The notes beneath the pieces are model-generated. The model was not told the origin of the DNA and did not search any database. It saw only the letters and a list, made by a program, of their open reading frames with translations. The translations under genes were made by a program, and so were the position numbers. DNA of 35,478 nt from Reclinomonas americana ATCC 50394 (taxonomy: Eukaryota), in the NCBI GenBank assembly GCA_048213135.1, contig PS015119.1, positions 120,625-156,102 on the forward strand, given 5' to 3'. Each line of letters opens with the position of its first letter. Position 1 is the stretch's first letter. Below are positions 10,401-21,529 of this stretch, piece after piece.

Positions 10401-11615
10401 TGCAGGCTGCGCAGGTGTCGGTGTCGACGGCGGAGCAACAGCCGGTGTTTGGGTCGCAGGCACAGCAGGCTGCACAGGTGTCGGCGTCGACGGCGGAGCA
10501 ACAGCCGGTGTTTGGGTCGCAGGCACTGCAGGAGGAGCTGGGGACACCGCTGGTGTCGACGGCAGAGGTAAGGGAGCCGGTGTCGGCGTGGAGGGAACCT
10601 CCGGCTGCGCTGCTGTTGCTGGTGTTGGGGTCGCAGGCACAGCAGGCTGCGCAGGTGTCGACGGCGACGACAGAGCACCGGCCGGTGATTGGGTCGCAGG
10701 CACCGCAGGTTGCGTTGTCGACGGCGGAGCGACAGCAGGCGCTGGATTAACAGGCACCGCAGGCGCCACCGGTGTCGTTGCATTCAAAGGTGCGACCGTC
10801 GCCTCCGGCTGCACCGGCGACGGCACAACGGTCGATGCTGGAGTTGCCGGCGCCTCTGGCTGCACCGGTGGCAACGGCGGTGGAGCGCCAGAGGTCGGCG
10901 TCGCCACAATCTCAGAATGCGCGGGGGTCGTTGTCACGGCCACCGCCACCGTCACATCAGGCGTCGACGCCGGCGCAGTTGCCGCCACAGATGGAGCCGG
11001 TGCCGGCACAGAAGGCATCCCAGCCGCCTCTGCTGACGCCGGCTTCACTCCAGCGTCACTTGCCGCAGGTGACTGCCGCCCAATACACGCACATCAACAC
11101 GCTCTTCCACACAAACAACAGCAACACGACCGCCACACACACACACACACGCACGCACCTTGTGTCCCGCATCACCCGGCACCACCTCCACCTCACTCAA
11201 CCACTCTTGCGCCACCGCATCATCGTCATCATCATCGTCATCATCATCATTACCACCCTCGCCATCCGCCACCACTCTCCGCTGCTGATACCGCGTAGCA
11301 TCCAACTCCTGCGCCAACCTCTCCAGCATGGCATCCACCGAATCCTCCGCCACTACCCCGCACGTGTCAAAACACAACCAGCGTGTGAGAAGAATTACTC
11401 GACAAAAAGCACTCACCACTGCTCGTCGTTGCCGTCCGTCTCCTCCTCGCCGCCGCTGCCACAGTTGCCGCTCTTCTTTGACGCACACCACGTTGTTGCT
11501 CTTGCTCACTACTACTCGGCGACATGGCCGCCACCACAACAACAACAGCACAAAGCATCACCACGCACAACACCACCACGCGTGTGTGCGGTGATAATGA
11601 CACTCGCATCCTCAT
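7451..11615 (-). CDS. Type I membrane protein: signal peptide, Pro/Ala/Thr mucin-like region, about 16 CxxC-x-G-x-F/Y repeats (GCC2_GCC3 / ephrin-receptor-like cysteine-rich), TM helix, short tail
   Basis: N-terminal hydrophobic stretch VVVLCVVMLCAVVVVVAA; PAT-rich ORF 9543..11048; units such as CSPCNAGTF, CYQCKRGEF, CLPCQPGTF, CFNCEPGHF, CLECLPGEF, CSMCQPGEY, CLLCDPGKY, CSPCQENTY; TM AFAIVMIVGCLGFIGLVTVVVYTMY followed by RRR; spliced tail ends AYLGL* at 7451. Confidence 0.85.
10195..10745 (-). repeat. Coding tandem repeats: about 60-nt unit (PAVPATQTPAVAPPSTPTPxQ-like) nested in a roughly 303-nt duplication
   Basis: cactgcaggaggagctggggacaccgctggtgtcgacggcagaggt occurs at 10221 and 10524; tcgacggcggagcaacagccggtg recurs three times between 10360 and 10510. 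Confidence 0.9.
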
Positions 11616-11790
11616 CACAAACGAGAGAGAGAGAGAGATCACGGCCGCGCAAAACGCGTGGAAAAAGTGTTATGAGCGCGCGTTGGACAATGTCAAGCTC
11701 CAATATGCGCGAGCGACGTCTGTCCATTGCCGCGCTTTCTTGCGTGGATCCACTTTGATCAAAGTGTCGCAGTGCGCGCGAGTTGCCGGC

Positions 11791-12038
11791 ATGGATCGTG
11801 GATACTCTTTGTCACCACATGTGCCTCCACCGCCGCCGCCGCCGCCCGTTTCGCAAGTGAGATCTGGGTCTGCGCTGATGGGACGACGGGCACCGCCACC
11901 TCTCGCTCCCATTCGAGCGCCTCAGCGTGTGGGCAGTCGCGAGGGTGATGGTGGTGAGGAGGATGAGGACGAGGAGAATCGGCTGGTGGGTGGTGGAGGG
12001 AGGAAGACGGATCCGCTGGATCGGATTGCGCTACAGAG

Positions 12039-12077
<39 letters not shown>

Positions 12078-13642
12078 AGAGTGAGAGAGCGTGTGTGTGT
12101 GTGAGCGTGTGTGTGTGTGTGAGTNNNNNNNNNNNNNNNNNNNNNNNNNNNNNAAAAACGATCCTTGCACGCAGTTGACAGCGCCACGTTGCAGGTGCAA
12201 GGTTCCGGTGCCGGCCACCAAGAAACTGTCCATCTTTCGTACCTCCCCACTGCTGGTCATCCACTTTAAGCGATTTGCGTTTGGCGGCTACGCTGGCAAG
12301 GTCGGCCATCCGGTGTCGTACCCGCAGTTCATGAATCTGAAACCGTTCACGGTGTTCCAGGTGAGCAATGCGCGCTCCTCTGCACCTTGCATGCATCCGC
12401 TTGACTGAGACCAACAATTGCACGCAGGACGAGTCCAAGTACGAGCTGTATGCCGTGCTTGTCCATCTTGGGTCGTCGGTGCATTACGGTCATTACTACG
12501 CCGTCGTTCGCACCAGCAACGGCTGGTACCGCACCGACGACGATGAGGTACTGATTGCTTGAGTGCTCATACTCATGTCACGTATGCGTGCTCTCATCAC
12601 CGCACGCAGGTCATGGCGGAGCGGCCCGATGATGCTCTGCAGGAGAAGGCCTACATGCTGTTCTATCGCCGATTATCCGCCGGACCACCACGTGATCGAG
12701 TGTCACCACTGCCTGCATCCTCGAGTCACGCACCCAATCACTATCCTCCACCACCGCCCGGGTGGACTGCGGTCTCTTGTTGCGTGGCGTGCAGTTATCT
12801 TGGTGCAATCAGTCGACAGCATCACCGACTCCCTCGCTTGTTGCAGCCACGAACGGATCGTCTTCCACCGCCACCACCACCACCACCACGACAACAACAA
12901 CAGCAGCAGCCGCCGCATCGACAGCAAAAACGGTTAGCGGACCAAGAACAACAAATGGCCATGCGAAACTTCCTCCTCCACCTCCACCACCACCACCTCC
13001 ACCGCCGCCACCACCACCACTGCCGGAACCACCTGAATCATCAAGTGCGAGGGGCGATGATGTTGAGATGGGGACGCGAGAGGCTGCTGTTCTGGGTCTC
13101 CGATTGCTGCACAATCCACGGTTTACGGATACGTGCGTGCTGAGGGGAAGCCAACGATGTCAAAGTCATGCATCTGGGCGCTGACTGAATAGTGTGCACA
13201 GACTGAAAGAGCGGTTCCGGTCGCACATTGAAGGCGACCACGAGTTCACAGAGTCGGTGGAGACACTCCTGCGTGGTACGTGTGACGCGCTGCCGTGAGC
13301 ACTCGCAGCGCCGTCTCTCTTTAACACGTTATGGTGGTGGCGTCGCAGAGCGCAATGCGGGCGGTTCGTTCAAGGCTGGCGACGAAGAAATGCTGGTCGC
13401 AGGAGCCCGAAAAGAGCTCAATGGTGAGTGTGTTTGCACTGTGGTTTAGTGCATGCATGGTCAGTCTCCTCATCCAGCACGCAGCCTTGATTCCGCCCAA
13501 ATCGAAAAAGTTTGCTGTCGACATGTTTCGAGAGGTCTGTTTCACTGTCACCCGCCCCTCCCAACCCACTCGTCGCACTCACCAACTTGGTCTGCAGTTT
13601 TGTTTGCACATAATGAGAGACTCGGCCGAAGACAATGAATGA
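11791..13642 (+). CDS. Ubiquitin-specific protease (USP, peptidase C19; USP36/42-like); Cys box falls in the gap
   Basis: ATKKLSI...LLVIHFKRF, VSYPQFMNL, YELYAVLVHLGSSVHYGHYYAVVR (His box), WYRTDD, AYMLFYRR. Followed by Pro/Thr-rich exons. The first exon (11791-12038) and last exons are assigned by proximity and phase only. Confidence 0.9.
12125..12153. other. Assembly gap flanked by (AG)n/(TG)n
   Basis: N-run directly after microsatellites at 12042-12124. Confidence 1.
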
Positions 13643-13669
13643 ATGTATACAACGCCCTTTTACATGTCA

Positions 13670-15271
13670 TCAGTCGACCACCTTGGGGGCGCCAGGGAAG
13701 AACACATTGACAGTACGCTGGTACTGACGGAAGTTGTCGCCGCGTGATGCCAGCGACAGTCGCTCTGTGAGGGGAATGCCCGTGACGTACCACAAGAGGA
13801 AAAGCATCACCGTCGGGGCGGCGAACGGCACCAGCGACACCGCACCTGCCGAGCGCTCACGTCAGTCACACGCAGGAGGGGACAAGAGGGGGAAGAGAAG
13901 GGGCGCAACTTACGCCGCCATCCCTGGCGACAGTGACGGCGAATGCCATCAGTGCGAACCCGCACCACGTGATCCACTCGAAAAACATGTTCGGATGCCG
14001 ACTGTAGGCCCACAGCCCAATGTTGCACGTCGTGCCTGCGACGACGACCAGGCCGTTGAGCATGGAGAGAGAAAGACACAGGCACATGACACCGCAACAA
14101 CACACCTCGGTTGTGCGACAGCCCGATGTACGCCGCCAGTGTCATGTCGGCGGTGGTCTCGCCAATGACGCCGAGAACGGCAGCACCTACACCCGCCACA
14201 AACACGAGCCACGAGAGCAGCCCCATGGCACCAAAGGAGGTCACTGACGACGTGTGGATCTGCATAACGAGGCCACATGAATGCCGCACTCAGTGATGCA
14301 AGACAGCACATGCTCACGCACCACCAGTGCCGGCACAATGAGCACGAAAATGTTGAGTGCTCCCTGGCAGCGACGCACCGCGAAAGTGAGCAAGACGACT
14401 GTGCCAACACACGCACCGACGCACCTGTATGGCGTAGAAGCCTCCCATGACCAGCGCCAGACGCACAGGCGAGTACACGCCCTCGGCAGTGGAGCCCCAT
14501 TCACGACGCAAATGCGCATACCTATCCTTCACGAGTCAGCATCGCTGCACACACCAGCAGCAGCAGCAGTATCAGCAGCGCCTCACCTCTTCTCCTCCGG
14601 CAGCAACACCACTCGACCGTGCCGCACAGCGACCACCGAGCGCGTTACAATGTACAACGTCAGTCGCAGTCCCCACACGCTGAGGCACACGAGAAACGCA
14701 AACTGCGGCGACGACAACGCCGACGATACCGTCGGCGTGTAGTCTGCACACCCAACAGTGGAGGTATGAGACGCAACACGCCATGCACAGTGCCTTTTCT
14801 CTCTGCCAACGCACGTGACGATCCATCAGCAGTCTCACTGGCCGACACGGCGCTGCCTCGCGAGAAGAGGATCGCATTCATGCCGACGAGACCCGACGCC
14901 CACGCGACATCCAACAGTCCATGATTGCGCAGCGCAGTGGCCATCACAAATGCACCACCAAGCAACGCCATCTGATACCACGCCGCAGCCGACATGGCCG
15001 CAGGAGCACGCGAGTGTGCCTGCAACAGAGAGGAGGCTGTAATGCAGACATCATCAGTGCACACGGCCGCTGCGCGCGATGACATAGAGAGAGAGAGAGA
15101 GTGTGTGTAACGAAAGAGCACTCCAGCCAAGGCGCACACGCACAGCAAGCAGGCGACAATGGTGAGGAGAGAGAGCGGAGTGCGCGCGCGTCGCAGCAAC
15201 GCGTTCTGTCGCTTGTTGTTGCTGTTGTTGGTGTTGGCAGAGTTGTCTGCGCCCTGTGCTTGGTTGATCAT
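13670..15271 (-). CDS. DUF1295 family (steroid 5-alpha-reductase-like) polytopic membrane protein
   Basis: Family motifs in order across exons: LRNHGLLDVAW, VWGLRLTLYI, KDRYAHLR, GETTAD, GLWAYSRHPNMFFEWITW, TGIPLTE, FRQYQRTVNVFFP; stop at 13670-13672. Start at 15271 (MINQAQG) is inferred. Confidence 0.9.
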
Positions 15272-15403
15272 GGCGACGGGTGGGATGCTCTCTGTGGTGA
15301 CTTTCAGTGATGCTGCCTGCAAGGTGCTGCCCACTCCCGAGATCATACAGAGAAGAGAAGAGCGCGCGAAAACGCGGAAAATTAATCCGTACAACGAGGA
15401 GAG

Positions 15404-17322
15404 ATGGGTTTCGTGTTGGCGTATGTTGTGCCACTGCTGCTTGCGGTGCTCCTCACACAGCTGGTGATCATGGTGAGTGTGTGTGTGTGAGAGAGAGTGA
15501 CACACGTCAGCATGCACTCATCTCTGTCGATGCAGCTTGTGCGCTATCGTCTTTTGGTGTCGCGTCTGTCGCCCAAGTTCCCCTCGGCCGGCGACTACAA
15601 GCCTGTGTTTGGTCATGCGCTCAACTTTGGAGGCGCCTATCACTCGTGGATTCAGTTGCGCGCATGCTCTTCTGTCACCTCTCTCGCTCGCTCACTCACT
15701 CACTCACTCGGTGTTGTGTTGCGCAGGAAGCAGCATCAGGAGTTGGGGCCAGTGGTCTTCATTCGCGCGCTGCACATTCCAATACTCTCCATCGCGGTTC
15801 GTTCTTCCTTTCTTCTCTTTGTTGCTCTCTCTGCAGCTCACCTTCCCTTCCTGCATGCAACAGGATCCCGACATTATCAAGCACATTCTGCAGCACCACA
15901 ACTCGTACACACAGCCGCCCACATGGGGACCGACGGAGGAGCTCTGCAGTCATGGCCTCTTGTTCACCTATGGCAGCGAGTGGCACCGATCGCGGTGAGT
16001 GAAGGATGCCAAGCTGCGCCGAGGAGTTGCGGCCTTACTCCTCTCTCTCTCTCTGTCTCTCTCTCTCTCTCTCTCTCNNNNNNNNNNNNNNNNNNNNACG
16101 TGCGCGCATGCCGAGAACAGAAAAAAACTGGCTGCGCCGCTGACTCGTGACCGTGCTCTTTGGCTTGCAGACCGTGCGCCACATTCGTTGCGTATACGTG
16201 CCGACGATGCATTTCCCTCCCTCACTGATAAGATCACTGACATGCTGTGCTTCTCGTGTGTGCATAGTGGATGACCTCATTGCAGAGCGCCAGGAAGAAA
16301 CCCAGCAGCAGCGCGTCGCGCGTGGTTCGTTGTCGATAGATTGAGTGGATCTGTGTCACTCCTGTGCTCACACCGCGCACGGAGCAGGCTCCACCGACTT
16401 CCTGGACTTGATTTTCGAGGCCAACCGTGCCGTGTCGGATACGGACTCGCTGAGCATGGAGGAGATTCGCGACCAGTGTGCTCTTTTTGTGGCCGCCGGG
16501 CAGGATACCACGTCGGCGGCTCTATGCTTTGCGTTGTACAACGCCTCGGCTCACCCCGACATCGCCACGGAGGTGTGTGCGCCGCCGCCACCGCTGATAT
16601 TGCCATTTGTGCTGAAAACAAGGAGTTTCTGTTGTCTGGCAGGTGCAACGGGAAATCGACCAGGTGATGGCCAAGTGTGGCGGCCACCTCACATTTGACG
16701 CGCTGGATGAGATGCCGTTGCTGGAGGCGTTCTTGAACGAGAAGTCGCGTCGCAGTGTGCACTCACCGTACGCCACCTATAGATCTTACACTGTATCACC
16801 TCGCCTGTTTCAGTCTGCGTTTGTTCCCGCCGGCGTTCATCACGGTGCGCTCGCCAGTGGAGGCTGTCGAGCTGCCGATGCCGGGCAATGCGCCGGGGAA
16901 GCTGAAGGTGCCGGCAAAGTTGCAGCTGGTGCTCAATCACATCAGCATCATGCACAGCACGGAAAAGTGGGGCGCCGACGCCGCCGAGTTCCGACCCAGT
17001 CGCTGGCTGCACGCCGAGGAGAACGCCTCGCTGCGCAACCGCTACGTATTCACGCCCTTCAGCGCCGGCCCGCGTGTCTGCATCGGTGCCAGGTACGCTC
17101 TCTCCGGTTTTGCATTATTCGTGGGTGATGCAGAAGGGGGAGCGTGTGCAAAACCGACCAGTTCCGCTGTGCAGATTGTCGATGATGGAGCAAAAGATGC
17201 TGATGGCGGAGCTCCTTCACCGCTACACTCCCGTGTGCCACGACAAGCTGTCTCCAGTGCCGCGCTTCACCCTGCGCAACGAGGGTGGCATGCACGTGGC
17301 CTTTGAGAAGCGCCGCAAATAA
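15404..17322 (+). CDS. Cytochrome P450 (ER-anchored; motifs resemble CYP4/CYP72 clans)
   Basis: N-terminal anchor MGFVLAYVVPLLLAVLLTQLVIM; C-helix GSEWHRSR; I-helix AAGQDTT; K-helix ENLR formed across intron 16744-16813; WGADAAEFRPSRW (PERF region); heme motif FSAGPRVCIG; stop at 17320-17322. Confidence 0.97.
16078..16097. other. Assembly gap after (CT)n
   Basis: N-run. Confidence 1.
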
Positions 17323-17428
17323 AAATATGGAAACGCCAACGGTCGTGCCACCACTCGCCAAATTTGGAGTAGTTCATTTGTGTTTTTTATATTGAGCAAA
17401 GAGAGCACGCAGCGGGTGCAACGTCAGG

Positions 17429-18964
17429 ATGTCTCGCCGACCAGCGGCAGTGCTCGCTGGTACGTGTGTGTGCCTGTGTGCGTGTGCTTTGTTATCGGTC
17501 ATGAATACATGAGGTGATTGCTTGGCGCATATCTTACACGTTTTGTGTGCGTGACGGCAGGCACCACCACCAATCGATACGACAACGTGTTCGATGATGA
17601 CGACGATGATGATGANNNNNNNNNNNNNNNNNNNNNNNNNNNNNNNNNNNNNNNNNNNNNNNNNNNNNNNNNNNNNNNNNNNNNNNNNNNNNNNNNNNNN
17701 NNNNNNNNNNNNNNNNNNNNNNNNNNNNNNNNNNNNNNNNNNNNNNNNNNNNNNNNNNNNNNNNNNNNNNNNNNNNNNNNNNNNNNNNNNNNNNNNNNNN
17801 NNNNNNNNNNNNNNNNNNNNNNNNNNNNNNNNNNNNNNNNNNNNNNNNNNNNNNNNNNNNNNNNNNNNNNNNNNNNNNNNNNNNNNNNNNNNNNNNNNNN
17901 NNNNNNNNNNNNNNNNNNNNNNNNNNNNNNNNNNNNNNNNNNNNNNNNNNNNNNNNNNNNNNNNNNNNNNNNNNNNNNNNNNNNNNNNNNNNNNNNNNNN
18001 NNNNNNNNNNNNNNNNNNNNNNNNNNNNNNNNNNNNNNNNNNNNNNNNNNNNNNNNNNNNNNNNNNNNNNNNTGATGGAGACGACGAGACAACGAGCACA
18101 GTGAGTGAGGAGGACGGGCTCCAGCCGTGTGGATCACCGGCTGCATCACCGTTGAATCTCGCGAAGAAATCTGCGCACCACCACGAGTACAACAGCCGAC
18201 GCGTGAACGTACCCGGAGGCCACGGATCATCGACAGTGCTGCTCGCCGGAAGTCTGCGGCTGTTGCCGACCGAGTGGCAGCAGCAGCAGTCGAGACCACT
18301 GGCGCCGTATGCATCACGGACAACGCCGCGTGCAGATTCACCTCGTCCAGTGCACGTGGCGGCGAGAAACGCCATGCGACATTGGTCGCTGTCGGTGGAG
18401 ATGAATAGCAGGTTGCAGAGGGTACCGACGCCTCCGACACCCCCGCCACCTCCGGCCGCGCTCAGCATGCCGCGATTACCGGTGGCGTCGGCCTTGTGGC
18501 AGGCGGCGGAGCGGAATTCGAATGGCCACGGACTGTTGTCACCAGTGACAGGGAGCTGCATGTCGGGGCGAGCGGTGGCGTCGTTCCGATCGGGTCATTG
18601 GACTGAGGAGAGCATTGTGGACAGCTACGACGAGGGCGACGAGGAGGGCGAGGATCGGTACGACTTGGACGAGTCCGTGGACGATTTTGAAGACGACGAC
18701 GACGACGACGACGACGACGATGGGGGAAAGGAGTACGAGGAGAGACAGAGGAGAAGAGACGACAAGGGTGAGTAATGCTGTGCGTTGATTGGGAACAGTG
18801 TTTGGCGCTTGCTAACTCCACGACGGACAGCAGGGAGGAGAGAACGACCGTCGCACATGAATGTCGCCGACAGCGACTCGTCCGGATCGACAACGGGTGA
18901 GGGCGACATGTCACCCGCTCTATCGCCTCTGTCGCACACATCTTCGACGCCGTGGCGTTCGTGA
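17429..18964 (+). CDS. Hypothetical low-complexity acidic/Ser-Pro-rich protein spanning a gap
   Basis: MSRRPAAVLA|GTTTNRYDNVFDDDD..., gap, open exon 18072-18768 with poly-Asp, gtgagt intron, last exon ...HTSSTPWRS* at 18964. Linkage across the gap is assumed. Confidence 0.55.
17616..18071. other. Assembly gap
   Basis: N-run. Confidence 1.
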
Positions 18965-19019
18965 TGAATCCACTGGGGAGTGTACCATTAGTTTTAATTG
19001 AAAGCACACACACATACAT

Positions 19020-20408
19020 TCACAACTCGCTCTCCTCCGCCTCGATAATAGCACGCAGCTGATCGGCAACCGAGGCTACAATCTCGGCCGGTGCATCCGA
19101 CACGAGTCGCACGCGCAGGTGCTCTCCATCGCCCGTGTCTTGCACGATTTGCAGCACCAGGCCGTGAGACTGCCAGCAAGTGAGTGAGCGATCGGTGAAC
19201 CGGCAACACAAGAGAACCCAGAAAGCACACCAGCATCGCCATGACGACCGCTGCTCCCACTGGGATGCCGATTGTTGATGGCACTCGGCACTGCCGCCGG
19301 ATCATGCTGCCAGAGCTGATCAACTGCGGAAGACAGCACGTGAGTACACACAGTTTTGCTCCCTTTCTCTCTCTCTCCCTCCCCCGCACCACCCACCGAT
19401 GCGGTATGATCCAGACCCTCCACATTGGCCGCCGCGATGCTGGTGACACCCACAAACGAGAACTGATCCAGTGCCGTCAAGTGGTGCGTCTCGGTGACGG
19501 TCAGTGGTCTCCTGCTGCCGGGACTGGTGAAGAGCACGCGGATGATCAAAGTGGACGGGAGCACCAGCGATCCGTCGCCTGCGCTCAGCCGCAGCTGCAA
19601 CCACAGCTGCACGGTTTCACCGGGATTGATGTTGCTCATCACGGTGCTTCGCACCTCTTGTCGTCCGAGCAAAGGGTCATCACTTGTCTCCACCACCAGC
19701 TCGACACCACGCTCAGCGGCCACTGTTCTCGTCGTGGTAGTAGTGGTGGTGGTGGCGGCCACTGCCGACGATGATGAACCACTGCTGCTTCCACCACGAG
19801 TGCGTTTCACCGCCGGCTCCTCCTCGTTGCCCGAATCACCAATCGTCATCTCGCCAATGCTCTCCAGCGCCCGCTTCCTCCGCACTTCATCCATGCGCAC
19901 CACCTGCCACCGCGGATCGCTAACCGACGCCGAGATCACCACAGGCGACGGGAGCGGCAAGCGACCTCGATTGCGCACGAGAACTCCCACGACAAAGTCG
20001 GCCACCGCGGGATTCTCCGCCAGCAGCCTGTCGCCCGCCACCTGAAACCCCGCTCTCGCCGCCTCCATTACACTCCTCCGCTGCACATCTACACACACAC
20101 GCACGCACGCACACACTCTGAGCAGGTGCGCGCGCAGATGATGACGACAACCACTGACCAATGATGACGCCGTGCACCAAATGATGCTCCATGAGTGCAT
20201 TCACTGTGCCCAGCAGCTCACTGGTGCGTGTCATACTGCTGCTCACAGCGCCCACAGACTCCGCCAGTGTCTGCTGCACGTTGCTCATGGAGCGCGTCAC
20301 CTCCGACAGCGCGTGCATCCAGCTGTGCGACACACGCACAGGTGTGAGTGACCGCGCAAAAGAGCAGCTGTGTGTGTGAGTGGCACACCTCTGATCGCCC
20401 TCAGCCAT
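19020..20408 (-). CDS. Hypothetical protein (helical segment, beta-rich domain, alpha/beta C-terminus)
   Basis: MAEGDQ|WMHALSEVTRSMSNVQQTL..., large exon ...VVGVLVRNRGRLPLP...NINPGETVQLWLQL...HHLTALDQFSF, last exon IVQDTGDGEHLRVRLVSDAPAEIVASVADQLRAIIEAEESEL*. Confidence 0.65.
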
Positions 20409-20468
20409 CGCTGTCTCGCGGGCGCACACTGTGGGAGTCCTGTCGTCGTCCCGTATCGAGCGTGTGCG

Positions 20469-21444
20469 ATGGACGGTGAGGGCGAGGAGGAGTCCTCTTC
20501 TGCAGTGATTGTGAGTGCGATGAGTCCACTGCTCGCCCGTGTGCGTGCGTGGAGTGCGCGCGCGTGGGAGGCCGCAGGAGAGCCGCAAGTTGTCTTGTCT
20601 TTCGGTCTGTGTGTGTCTGTTGATCGCTCTCTCTCTCTCTCTCTTTGCTCATCTCTCACAGTGATTGGCTTGGTGCTTGGTGCGGCGTGGACCACTGGGC
20701 GGTACTCGTCGCAGAGACAGGAGATTGCGGTTGGTCTCTATCAGCCTGTGTCATTGACTCTCCCATGTCGCTCATTGATGCACAGGTGCTGAGTGACGGG
20801 GTGCGACGACGAGAGCATGCGTTGCTGGAGTGCATGGATCGCGTGCGACTGGAGCAGCAGTTGACGCGACTGGAGGCGCTCAAGGCGCAGAGCTTTGACG
20901 CAGAGTTGCGTGACACCGGCGTGTTGCCTTGAGCTGATCGTCACCCTCATACTAAGCGCAGATGCCGGTCACTGGCCACGCGACTGGAACTGGAGCACCG
21001 TGAGCGACTGTACAGTGAGGATGCGTTGCGAGTGGTGCAGGAGGAGGCCAGCGTGCAGCAGGCGCGCATGGAGCAGGCGGAGGAGCGAGCGCGTGAGGCG
21101 CGTGAGTGGCTGCTGCAAGCCGAGATGCGTGGTGAGGAACTGCGTGCGCGAGTCGACGAGGCGGAGCGACGTGGTGCTGCGTTGGAGGGGCAGCTGGCGT
21201 CCACGCAGGCGACGGTGGTCGATGTGCAGCAAGCGCTGCAACGAGCGACGCAGACCAATGAGGTGTATCGCTACGTGATGGAGCGCAGTGCGCCTGACCT
21301 GGCCGCCCACCTGGCCCGCCTCCGTCTCACTGGCCCGAGTGCAGCAGGTCTTCCTCTCTCTCGCTGTCATTGACTGTTGTTTTTCGTTCTCTCTCTCTTG
21401 CCATCACTCAACCCCGCCTTCTCGGCGCAGACACACACGAATGA
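20469..21444 (+). CDS. Hypothetical N-terminally membrane-anchored coiled-coil protein
   Basis: VVLSF|VIGLVLGAAW hydrophobic segment, then heptad-rich E/R/Q/L exons (RVRLEQQLTRLEALK, ARMEQAEERARE...). Start may be 20520; stop is 21373 if unspliced or 21444 with one further intron. Confidence 0.65.
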
Positions 21445-21529
21445 CACACGTCTCCTCGTCAACCAAAAAAATCGGCCATGTTTACGGCTATGCCTTGACC
21501 AACCCCACCATCGCTCACTCGGATCGTCG

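Noticed and set aside
10195..10745. CRISPR-like array
   Set aside because: Repeats are contiguous, in frame and lack unique spacers; eukaryotic coding context and no cas genes.
10057..11298. 413-aa Gly/Ala/Val-rich plus-strand ORF and other overlapping ORFs
   Set aside because: Antisense shadow of the Pro/Ala/Thr repeat exon; splice signals and protein architecture support the minus strand.
14743..14815. GC-AG intron in the DUF1295 gene
   Set aside because: An upstream canonical GTGCGT donor gives the correct phase into the WGLRL exon.
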